Shown here: positions 52,121 through 60,441 of the stretch, one piece after another | Numbering within the stretch: the stretch's first letter is position 1 | Layout: each line of letters opens with the position of its first letter | Origin: an uncultured bacterium | GTDB taxonomy: Bacteria; Krumholzibacteriota; Krumholzibacteriia; LZORAL124-64-63 | Assembly (NCBI GenBank): GCA_963727525.1 | Contig: CAVSGO010000007.1 | Span: 192,001 to 256,000 of the forward strand | Reading direction: 5' to 3' | DNA: 64,000 bases | Made by a program: the position numbers and the translations under genes | The notes under the pieces: generated by a model | What the model saw: only the letters and a program-made list of their open reading frames with translations | What the model was told of the DNA's origin: nothing | The model's database searches: none

Positions 52121-52146
52121 TCCGGAATCGCCCGTATCCGGTCGTG

Positions 52147-52180
52147 CGGCGCGGGGCCTCGGCCTCGCGCCGTTTGCATT
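52147..52180 (+). terminator. Rho-independent terminator after gap
   Basis: CGGCGCGGGGC-CTCG-GCCTCGCGCCG stem-loop followed by TTTGCATT. Confidence 0.6.
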
Positions 52181-52245
52181 CCCGGCCTAAACGGAGTAGA
52201 ATCAACGGACATTTCACGCCCCGTCCGTTGCCAAGGAGCCATGCG

Positions 52246-54252
52246 ATGCGTCGCGTCTGTCTGTCCATTCTCATCGTGCTCGCCTTCGCGTTCGCCGCCT
52301 CGGCCCAGGTCATCCCCTACGCGCTTCCGCCAGACGCGAGCCCGGTGCCGCCGCGGCGGGCAGAAGATCTGTGGCGGTTCAACGAGGCAATGCTGAAGGG
52401 CCGCTTCGTCGAGAAGATGCTCACCACCGACGCCGGCGCCACGCCCAACATGGATCTCTACGACGCCACCTGGTACGGCCTCGACCTCATGGTCGACCCG
52501 ACGGCCCACCAGGTCAGCGGCACGGTGACGATGCGGGTCACCGTCACGGGCGCCTCGCTCGCCACCCTCGACCTGCACCTGGCCGCGGGCATGACCGTCG
52601 ATGGGATCGCGACGGGGGCCACGCCTCTTTCCTTCACGCGGGTGGGCGAGGTGGTCACCGCCACGCTCGATCGCGCCTACACCCAGGGCGAGGACGTCAG
52701 TCTCGCAGTCACCTATCACGGCAATCCCGCGGGCGACGCTTTCGGCTGGAGTTCCATCAGCGGGCAGACCCTGGTCTGGACATTGAGCGAGCCCTACGGC
52801 GCGCGCACCTGGTGGCCGTGCAAGGATCTCAATGCCGACAAGGCCGACTCGGCCGACGTCACCATCACCGTGCCGCAGAACCTCATCGTGGCCAGCAACG
52901 GCCGCCTCGTCTCGCAGACGACGAACGGCGGCTGGGCCACGTATCACTGGCACGAGCAGTACCGCATTTCGACCTATCTGATCTCATTCGCCGCACACCC
53001 CTACGTGGTCTTCTCCGAGTATTACCACTACTCGCCCACGGACTCGATGGAGGTGCGTAATTTCGTGTCGCCATCTTACGAGTCGCAGGCGCGAACCGGA
53101 TACGCGGCGGTTCCGCAGATGATCGGCGTGTTCGCCGGCGCCTATGGCGAGTACCCGTTCATTGCCGAGAAGTATGGCCATGCGCACTTCACGTGGGGCG
53201 GCGGCATGGAACACCAGACATGCTCGAGCATGTCCTATGGCTATTACGCCGACACCTTCATAGCCCACGAGCTGTCGCACCAGTGGTGGGGCGATATGGT
53301 CACCTGCGCCGATTTCCATCACATCTGGTTGAACGAGGGATTCGCGACCTGGAGCGAGGCCTACTGGCGGGAGCAGCACGAAGGCGAGGCCGCGTATCGC
53401 GACGAGATGGCGGCCGCCGAGTATTACGGCGCCGGCACGGTCATCGTCGAGGACCCGGGCGACTTCAACGGCATCTTCGACTACAACCTATCGTACCTCA
53501 AGGCGAGCTGGGTGGTACACATGCTGCGCGGCGTGCTCGGCGACGACGACTTCTTCGCCGGCCTCGCGCTCTATCGCCAGCAGCACGAGTATGACGTGGC
53601 TACCACCGAGGATCTCCAGGCGGCGCTGGAGGCCGTCTCGGGACGCGACCTCGGTGCATTCTTTCAGCAGTGGATCTATGGCGAGTACTTTCCACAGTAT
53701 GCCTACTCATACGCGGTGACGCCGCAGGGCGGACAGTACCTCGTACAGGTGCGGATCGAGCAGACGCAGACCAATGCCGGTGTCTTCGTCATGCCCATCG
53801 ATCTGAAATTCACGACTTTCAACGGCGCGGTTCGCCGTCGCGTGGAGAACGACCAGCGCGTGCAATATTACAGCTTCTTGCTGAATGCGAACGTGCAGGG
53901 CGCCGCCTTCGATCCCGACCACTGGATCCTCGCGCAGGTCACGCAGGTGGCGCCCACGGCTGTCGGACCCCCCGACCTCGCGGCGAATCTGAGCGCTTAT
54001 CCGAATCCGTTCAATCCCGCCACGAACCTTCGCTTCACGGTGCCTACGGCAGGGCCGGTGCAGCTGGCGATCTACGATGTGCGCGGGCACCATGTGCGCA
54101 CCCTGTTGCACGAGGAACACCCGGCTGGTGCGGGCACTATTCGCTGGGACGGCGCCGATGACGCCGGCCGCGCCCTCGCCTCCGGCACGTACTATGCGCG
54201 ACTCGTGGCTGGAGCGAGCCGGTCGGTCACCAGCCTCGTTCTCGTGCGCTGA
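52246..54252 (+). CDS. Secreted M1-family aminopeptidase with C-terminal FlgD-Ig domain
   Basis: Signal peptide, GGMEH, HELSHQWWG...LNEGFA zinc motif and C-terminal YPNPFNP...WDG. AAGGAG RBS. Confidence 0.92.
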   Translation: MRRVCLSILIVLAFAFAASAQVIPYALPPDASPVPPRRAEDLWRFNEAMLKGRFVEKMLTTDAGATPNMDLYDATWYGLDLMVDPTAHQVSGTVTMRVTVTGASLATLDLHLAAGMTVDGIATGATPLSFTRVGEVVTATLDRAYTQGEDVSLAVTYHGNPAGDAFGWSSISGQTLVWTLSEPYGARTWWPCKDLNADKADSADVTITVPQNLIVASNGRLVSQTTNGGWATYHWHEQYRISTYLISFAAHPYVVFSEYYHYSPTDSMEVRNFVSPSYESQARTGYAAVPQMIGVFAGAYGEYPFIAEKYGHAHFTWGGGMEHQTCSSMSYGYYADTFIAHELSHQWWGDMVTCADFHHIWLNEGFATWSEAYWREQHEGEAAYRDEMAAAEYYGAGTVIVEDPGDFNGIFDYNLSYLKASWVVHMLRGVLGDDDFFAGLALYRQQHEYDVATTEDLQAALEAVSGRDLGAFFQQWIYGEYFPQYAYSYAVTPQGGQYLVQVRIEQTQTNAGVFVMPIDLKFTTFNGAVRRRVENDQRVQYYSFLLNANVQGAAFDPDHWILAQVTQVAPTAVGPPDLAANLSAYPNPFNPATNLRFTVPTAGPVQLAIYDVRGHHVRTLLHEEHPAGAGTIRWDGADDAGRALASGTYYARLVAGASRSVTSLVLVR

Positions 54253-54308
54253 CCGACAGGCAACGGGAGCAATCGGTAGACGGACACAATCGGCACACGG
54301 AGGCCCCC

Positions 54309-55301
54309 ATGGATGCTCGCCATCGTCTCGATGAGATCTCCCGCGGGTACCAGGACGCGATTGTCCTGATCACCGCGAATCACCTCGGCGTGCTGGCGGC
54401 TCTGGCTGGCGGGCCCCGGACGCCGTCCGCTCTGGCAACCGAGTTGCAGCTCGATGGTCGTGCGCTGGCAGTGGTGTTGCACGGCCTGGCCGCGATCGGC
54501 GTACTCGACCGCCGCGAGGACGGGCATTTCCAGCTGAACGCGGCCTTCGCGCCCCTGCTGACGCCGGGGAATCCCCAGACGATCACCAGCATGCTGAGCC
54601 ACCACTACCACCTGCTCGCGCGCTGGGTCCAGCTACCGGACGTGCTGCGCTCGGGCCGGCCGGCCGACGTCGGCGAGCATTCGCCTGGTGCGTTGCGGGC
54701 GTTCATCTGTGGGATGCGCGACGTCTCGCGCCGTTCCAGCCGCGAGGTCGCCGATACGGTGCCGGAAATTGGCGCGTGCAGTCGCCTGCTCGACCTGGGC
54801 GGTGGCCCGGGCACCAGCGCCCTCACATTCTGCGACCGCTGGGAGTCGTTGCATGCCGTGGTCTTCGATCTGCCCGAAGTCGTACCCATCGCGCGCGAGG
54901 AAATCGCGGCGGCGAACCTTGCCGATCGCGTGACGACTCTCGCCGGCGACTACCTCGAGGATCCCCTGATCGCCGACGGCGAACCGCTCTACGATGCGGT
55001 CTATCTGTCCAACATCATCCACAGCCTCGATGATGCGCAGACGCACGCGCTGCTCGCGCGGGCCGTGGCGGCGCTCGCGCCCGGCGGATTGCTCGTGGTG
55101 AAGGACTTCTTCCTGTCCGAGTCGCGTACCGCGCCGGCCCAGGCGGCGCGATTCGCCGTCAACATGCTGGTGAACACGCCGGGCGGAAAGTCCTACACCT
55201 GGACGGAGGTGGAGACCATGCTCGCGGATCTGGGCGTCGCGGAACCCAGCCGGCGCCCGGTGGCGATCGCCAGCGGCTTGCTGGTGGCTCGGCGGTCCTG
55301 A
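54309..55301 (+). CDS. SAM-dependent O-methyltransferase (Methyltransf_2 with dimerisation domain)
   Basis: N-terminal wHTH dimerisation region, LLDLGGGPG, FDLP, GDY and SNIIH. Confidence 0.88.
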   Translation: MDARHRLDEISRGYQDAIVLITANHLGVLAALAGGPRTPSALATELQLDGRALAVVLHGLAAIGVLDRREDGHFQLNAAFAPLLTPGNPQTITSMLSHHYHLLARWVQLPDVLRSGRPADVGEHSPGALRAFICGMRDVSRRSSREVADTVPEIGACSRLLDLGGGPGTSALTFCDRWESLHAVVFDLPEVVPIAREEIAAANLADRVTTLAGDYLEDPLIADGEPLYDAVYLSNIIHSLDDAQTHALLARAVAALAPGGLLVVKDFFLSESRTAPAQAARFAVNMLVNTPGGKSYTWTEVETMLADLGVAEPSRRPVAIASGLLVARRS

Positions 55302-55382
55302 CGTCCGCGAGACGATTCATCAACTCCGGCGCGGATCGGCCGATCATTCCTGGAGGGACCACCGTTCCGGGAGCTGATCCGC

Positions 55383-58300
55383 ATGCTGCGTCACGCCTTC
55401 GTCGCCGCCGTGCTTCTGGCCCTCGTCTGGGGGCTGGCGTTACCCGTGCTCCGCGAGCCCGCGCCGCCGGATGCGTTGGTGCCGACGCCCGTGACGCGGT
55501 CGGCAACCATCACGCGGATCGCGACCACGGGTACCACCTCGCCGCGCCAGGCGCCCGCGGTCGGCACCCTCGCGGCGAGCGGACGCCACGGCTGGCCCGC
55601 GGTGCTGGCCCACGCTACGCGCCCCGGTGTCCGCCGCGCGGCCCGGCCGACGTGGCATGACGTCGCGGCGCGGGTCGTTCCGCCCGGCGATGCCCTCGGA
55701 CGGTTGCGAGATGCCCCACACCTGCGCCTGCGCGCCGCGCGGCCGGCGATGGAGGATACGCTGGCGGATACCGTCCGCGATCGCTCCCTGCCCTGGGCGG
55801 CCGACCGCCTGCTCGCCGATCCCACCCACATGAACGACGAGCACCTCGCTCTGGCGGCGAATCCGGCCACCGGCCACCTCTTCGCGGTGTGGGAGGCCTA
55901 CGACCTCGGCGGCACCGACCGCGACATCCACATCGCGCGCAGCACCGACGGCGGCCAGGTCTGGCAGACCTGGGAGATGCCGTCCTTCAGTCTCGACGAG
56001 GCCATGCCCGACCTCGCCGTCGACGCGAGCGGATATCTGCATGTGGTCTGGGTCCGCGACGACGGCGTGATCCTGCGCGCCCGCTCGGCCGGTCCGGAGG
56101 ACTGTCAGAACTGGTCCTGGGTGCAGGGCTTCACGGTGGGCGAACCGGTGTACACGCCTTCCATCGCCGTGTCCGGTGGCGGCGACTTCGCGAAGGTTTT
56201 CATCGCCTGCACCTGGGTCACCATCAACTACGACTGGTACCAGTACGAGGGCACGCTGTTGTGGCTGTACTCCACCAACGGCGGCGCCACCGTCAGCTAC
56301 AACTACCTGCAGCCTGACGGCTTCGAGGATCTGTGGCCCGACGTCGCCTTCACCGGCACGCGCGTGATCATGCTCAATGGCGAGGCCGATCCGTACAGTG
56401 GCCGCGTGCGCATTCTCGCGGCTGGCGACGCCATGAGCGGCACGTTCGGCGACTTCGTCGACCTCAGCGCCACCACCCCCATGAGTTGTGGCTTTCCCGG
56501 CGTCGCCTGCGATGGCGACGGGGTCTACATGACCTACCAGCTCGACTGGGACGACGGCCTCGGCAACGTTGACGGCGACATCATGTACGCCTTCTCCTGG
56601 GACGGGCTCGCCACCGTCTACGGGCCCTACGAGATGATGGCGACCACCAGTGAGAGCGTGGGACCGGCGATCTATGCGCGCGACGGCATGGTGGGCTGCC
56701 TGTGGCTGGAGGCGCCGCCGGGTGGCGACGAGTTCGACCTCGCCGCGCGGCAGGCCGGTAGCGACGGCCATCCCGACGCCTGGGGCGACATGGAGATCGT
56801 CACCGACCAGCCGCGCGTGGAGCCGCGATTCCGCTCGGTCGCCGGCGCAGTGGGGCCGCTCGGCCTGAACGCCGCCTGGGTCGACCGGCGCGACTTCCCC
56901 ACGCAGGGGCTGAACATCTACGCGAGCGACCGCGGCCTGGCGGCGGACCTCGGGCCGTTCGCGCCCGACGGCTGGGCGTCGCCCCTCGTCATCTCGATGG
57001 TGCCGGGGGCCAGGGAGGACGGGATCGTCGCCGCCGGCCAGACCGCCTACGTGAGTTTCGGTCTGGCGAATCTCGGGCTCGCAGATGCCACGGCGACCGT
57101 CCAGGCGCAGCTGCGAATCGATGGCGACGTCGTCGGCACCTGGCAGATCGATGGCGGGCTCGCCGTGTCCACCTACGCGACCGTCGAGGACTGGTCGGTC
57201 GTGCTGCCCTCCGGGGCGCACACCCTCACGTTGTGGATCGATCCCGCCGACCTCGTGCCCGAGTCCGACGAGACGGATAACCTGCTCGACAAGGATATCT
57301 GGGTGATGACGGGGGCGGCCCAGCTCACGCTGTCGCCGACCCAACTGCGCTTCGACGTGACGCGGGAGCCTCCATGCCCCTTGCTGCTTCGCGACGCACC
57401 GGCACGGGCTGACCGGGTGGAGTCGCGGCTGGCCGCTGCTGTCGCGCGGGCCGTGCCCGGAGCGGCGCTGCGGGTCGTCATCACGCCCGCAACCCGTGTC
57501 GACATCCCCGCGCTCGTAGCGTCGCTCCAGGCACTGCCACCCGCAACGCGCCGCGAGGAAGCGGTCGGGGCGCTCCAGCTGCGGGCCGATGCTTTCGCGG
57601 CCACGCTCGTAGCGCGCGCCGGCGGCGGACGTGGCACGGCGGACCTGCACAACTGGCGCCCGCTGTGGCTCTCGGGCGAGGTGTGCGTCACCGCCACGCC
57701 GGCGGGGGTGGCCCAGCTCGCATCGTGGTCCGAGGTGGGGGCACTCTGGCTCGACGACCAGCTCAGCCAGCCGTTCTTCACACCCGGCCCGCGCAGCGAC
57801 GAACCGACCCGAACGCGGTGGTTCCAGAGTCTCGTGGGAGCCGACGCCGCCTGGGCCCAGGGCTTCGACGGCACCGGCATCCTCGTCGGTCACACCGACA
57901 GCGGCTGTGCCTACGACCATCCTGATCTCGCGGGCCATCTCTGGGACGGCGGCACCGCGTACCCGCATCACGGTTGGGACTGCCTGGACGAGGATGACGA
58001 TCCTTACGATGGCGACACCCAGTACTGGCACGGCACTCACACCGCCGGCCTCGTGGTCGGCTCGCTCACGGGTACGGCTCCCGGCGCGCGCCTCGTCGTC
58101 ACGCGCTGCGTGCCCGGATACTACGACGATCTCGTCGAGGCGCTCCAGTTCTGCCTCGACCACGGTTGCCGGCTCATCACCACGAGCGCGGGGTGGACCC
58201 AGCCCGGCGCGGCCCTCAAGGCCGCCAATCGAGCCAACGCCGAGGTTCTGCTCGCCCTCGGCATCCCCTGGTTCGTGGCGGCGGGCAACGGAGACAATCA

Positions 58301-59336
58301 GGGCGGCCACGTGGCCATCCCCGAGGACATCTCCTCGCCTGGCGACGGGCCCGAGCCGTGGTTCGGCGACGCCGGTCACGCAGCGGTACTCGCCGTCGGC
58401 GCCGTGACTCAGGCGCGCGTCGTGTGGAGTAGCAGCAGCCGCGGCCCCACGGCGTGGGGGGCGAACGATCAGGACTATGCCGATTATCCGTACCCGCCCG
58501 GGCTCGGGAAACCCGACCTCGCCGCGCCTGGCGCGAGCATCACCTCGACGATCGGCGGCGGCGGCTACGCCACCTATAGCGGCACCAGCATGGCCACGCC
58601 GCTGGCCGCCGGCTGCGCTGCCATCCTGCTTCAGGCCAACCCATATCTCACGCCGGCCGAGGTGGCGCAGGCGCTCGAGACGACGGCGAGCGATCTCGGC
58701 ACCAGCGGCCGCGACAACGACACGGGCGCCGGGCTCATCCAGGTGGCGACGGCCCTCACCATGTTGCCCGATTGCGATGCCCAGGCCGTCACGGTCACGA
58801 ATCGCGGCAATATCCCGCTGATCATCGACACGATCAGCTGGTCGGCCCCGTGGCTCGTCCTCGGTCCCACGAGCGGCGTCGTGCAGCCCGGCGACTCGCT
58901 CCGGGTGGTCGCCAGCGTCGATGCCGCCGGACTCGAGGACGGTCTCCACGCGACGAACGTCCGACTGTTCTCGAACGACCCGGCTTCGCCGGCCGACCTG
59001 CCCGTGACCCTGGCGTTCGGAAACGTCGTCGGTGTATCCGACACGGCGACGGCGATGACGCGCGCGGCCATCACCTGCCGGCCGAATCCGTTCAATCCCC
59101 GCACGACGGTGAACTTCGCGATGGTCCGGGCGGGAACCGCGAGGCTGGCCGTCTACGACCTGCGGGGCCGGCGCGTGCGCGTCCTCGTGCACGGCGAGGT
59201 GGCGGACGGCCTCCACAGCGTGGAGTGGGACGGGTGCGACGCGGAGGGCCGCGCCTGCGCCAGCGGCGTCTACGTGATGCGACTGGAGAGCGCACAGGCT
59301 GTGCTAGCCGTCGGCAAGGCCGTGCTCGTACGCTAG
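55383..59336 (+). CDS. Large multidomain secreted S8 peptidase (BNR-type repeats, CARDB-like, S8, FlgD-Ig)
   Basis: STDGG/STNGG Asp-boxes, ESDETDN CARDB motif, triad motifs DSG, HGTH and GTSMA, and C-terminal PNPFNP...WDG. Confidence 0.88.
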   Translation: MLRHAFVAAVLLALVWGLALPVLREPAPPDALVPTPVTRSATITRIATTGTTSPRQAPAVGTLAASGRHGWPAVLAHATRPGVRRAARPTWHDVAARVVPPGDALGRLRDAPHLRLRAARPAMEDTLADTVRDRSLPWAADRLLADPTHMNDEHLALAANPATGHLFAVWEAYDLGGTDRDIHIARSTDGGQVWQTWEMPSFSLDEAMPDLAVDASGYLHVVWVRDDGVILRARSAGPEDCQNWSWVQGFTVGEPVYTPSIAVSGGGDFAKVFIACTWVTINYDWYQYEGTLLWLYSTNGGATVSYNYLQPDGFEDLWPDVAFTGTRVIMLNGEADPYSGRVRILAAGDAMSGTFGDFVDLSATTPMSCGFPGVACDGDGVYMTYQLDWDDGLGNVDGDIMYAFSWDGLATVYGPYEMMATTSESVGPAIYARDGMVGCLWLEAPPGGDEFDLAARQAGSDGHPDAWGDMEIVTDQPRVEPRFRSVAGAVGPLGLNAAWVDRRDFPTQGLNIYASDRGLAADLGPFAPDGWASPLVISMVPGAREDGIVAAGQTAYVSFGLANLGLADATATVQAQLRIDGDVVGTWQIDGGLAVSTYATVEDWSVVLPSGAHTLTLWIDPADLVPESDETDNLLDKDIWVMTGAAQLTLSPTQLRFDVTREPPCPLLLRDAPARADRVESRLAAAVARAVPGAALRVVITPATRVDIPALVASLQALPPATRREEAVGALQLRADAFAATLVARAGGGRGTADLHNWRPLWLSGEVCVTATPAGVAQLASWSEVGALWLDDQLSQPFFTPGPRSDEPTRTRWFQSLVGADAAWAQGFDGTGILVGHTDSGCAYDHPDLAGHLWDGGTAYPHHGWDCLDEDDDPYDGDTQYWHGTHTAGLVVGSLTGTAPGARLVVTRCVPGYYDDLVEALQFCLDHGCRLITTSAGWTQPGAALKAANRANAEVLLALGIPWFVAAGNGDNQGGHVAIPEDISSPGDGPEPWFGDAGHAAVLAVGAVTQARVVWSSSSRGPTAWGANDQDYADYPYPPGLGKPDLAAPGASITSTIGGGGYATYSGTSMATPLAAGCAAILLQANPYLTPAEVAQALETTASDLGTSGRDNDTGAGLIQVATALTMLPDCDAQAVTVTNRGNIPLIIDTISWSAPWLVLGPTSGVVQPGDSLRVVASVDAAGLEDGLHATNVRLFSNDPASPADLPVTLAFGNVVGVSDTATAMTRAAITCRPNPFNPRTTVNFAMVRAGTARLAVYDLRGRRVRVLVHGEVADGLHSVEWDGCDAEGRACASGVYVMRLESAQAVLAVGKAVLVR

Positions 59337-59522
59337 GTGCGAGATCGACGACCTCCCATTCACGATGTTTCGTCCCTGGCGTATACACGCGTGGCCCCAC
59401 GTGCGCCGGATGAGCGAGTTCTGCCCTGCCTGGTGCTGCCCAGCCTGGAGATTGAATCGGTGGTCCCGCTCTGCTAGAGTGAAACAGGGGGTGTTCCTTG
59501 ACGCCGAACGCCGGAGGCGCGC

Positions 59523-60131
59523 ATGGATTGGCTCCGCTTCCTCGCCCGTCGCAAGGATCCGGGTGCCCGAGCGGAAGGTGAGCGGCGCCGGCTCGCGTCC
59601 ATGCTCGCGCGACCGGACAGGCGCCTGCGCGATCTCGAGCGCCAGCTCGAGGCGACCCTGGCCGCCTGTGGTCCCTTACCCTCAGGTCGGCTGCGCGAGA
59701 TTCATGACGATGCCTCCCTCGGCCTGGCGGTGGTCTACCTGCACTATGCCCGGCAGTTCTGCGCACTGGAGGTCGACGAGATCGTCGCCCCCAGCTGGAC
59801 CGGTTTCGCCACCAAGGCGCGGGCATATGCCCAGCAGGTGCTGGCCGCCGACCTCGGCACCATGGTGGACGCCGTGGCCACGCTCGCCGACGAGGCGCGG
59901 GCCGTCACGCCGGACGATGCCAGCGCACGCGGTCGACTCCAGTGTCTTCGGCGCGCGCAGGCGCCCGAGAGTGCGCTCGTGAGCGATCTCGCGCCGGTGC
60001 GCGGCGGCTGGACGCTGGCGGAGATGTATGCACAACGCGAACTCGGACAACGCCGGGTACGGGACGTCCTTGCCTTCCTCGACGTGTTGCCCGGAGCCGA
60101 CACCTGGCGCCGGCGTCTCGCGGATTCATGA
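59523..60131 (+). CDS. Hypothetical protein
   Basis: GGAGG RBS, 202 aa, predicted helical. An extended -10 (TGcTAGAGT) lies upstream. Confidence 0.6.
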   Translation: MDWLRFLARRKDPGARAEGERRRLASMLARPDRRLRDLERQLEATLAACGPLPSGRLREIHDDASLGLAVVYLHYARQFCALEVDEIVAPSWTGFATKARAYAQQVLAADLGTMVDAVATLADEARAVTPDDASARGRLQCLRRAQAPESALVSDLAPVRGGWTLAEMYAQRELGQRRVRDVLAFLDVLPGADTWRRRLADS

Positions 60132-60234
60132 GCGGCGAGTTTCCCTGTCTACCAAGCTGTATCCGTGTATCCTGTCGCGCGACCGGCGCCGTTGGCGCAC
60201 GGTGGGCCGACGGCAATCACGTCGCGAGGACATC

Positions 60235-60413
60235 ATGAAGAATCGACGCAACATCCGGCTGATCCTGGCGATGGCGGCGCTCGTGCTGGCTGTCGCCTAT
60301 TCCCGCTGGCATCACGAGGTTCCGCCGGCACCGTGACGCGCGTGCTCGACGATGACGAGGAGGGCTCGCGCCACCAGCGCTTCATCGTGTTCCGCGGCGA
60401 GCGCTACGAGTGA
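60235..60413 (+). pseudogene. Internally deleted DUF3465-like gene remnant
   Basis: Signal-anchor fragment MKNRRNIRLILAMAALVLAVAYSRW (GAGGA RBS), then the out-of-frame fragment VTRVLDDDEEGSRHQRFIVFRGERYE*. Confidence 0.55.
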
Positions 60414-60441
60414 CGATCCCGGACAACGAGCGAGGGTGAGC

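Noticed and set aside
55440-59216. 1258-aa minus-strand ORF
   Set aside because: Antisense shadow of the S8 peptidase, caused by GC-rich codon bias. It has no recognisable motifs.
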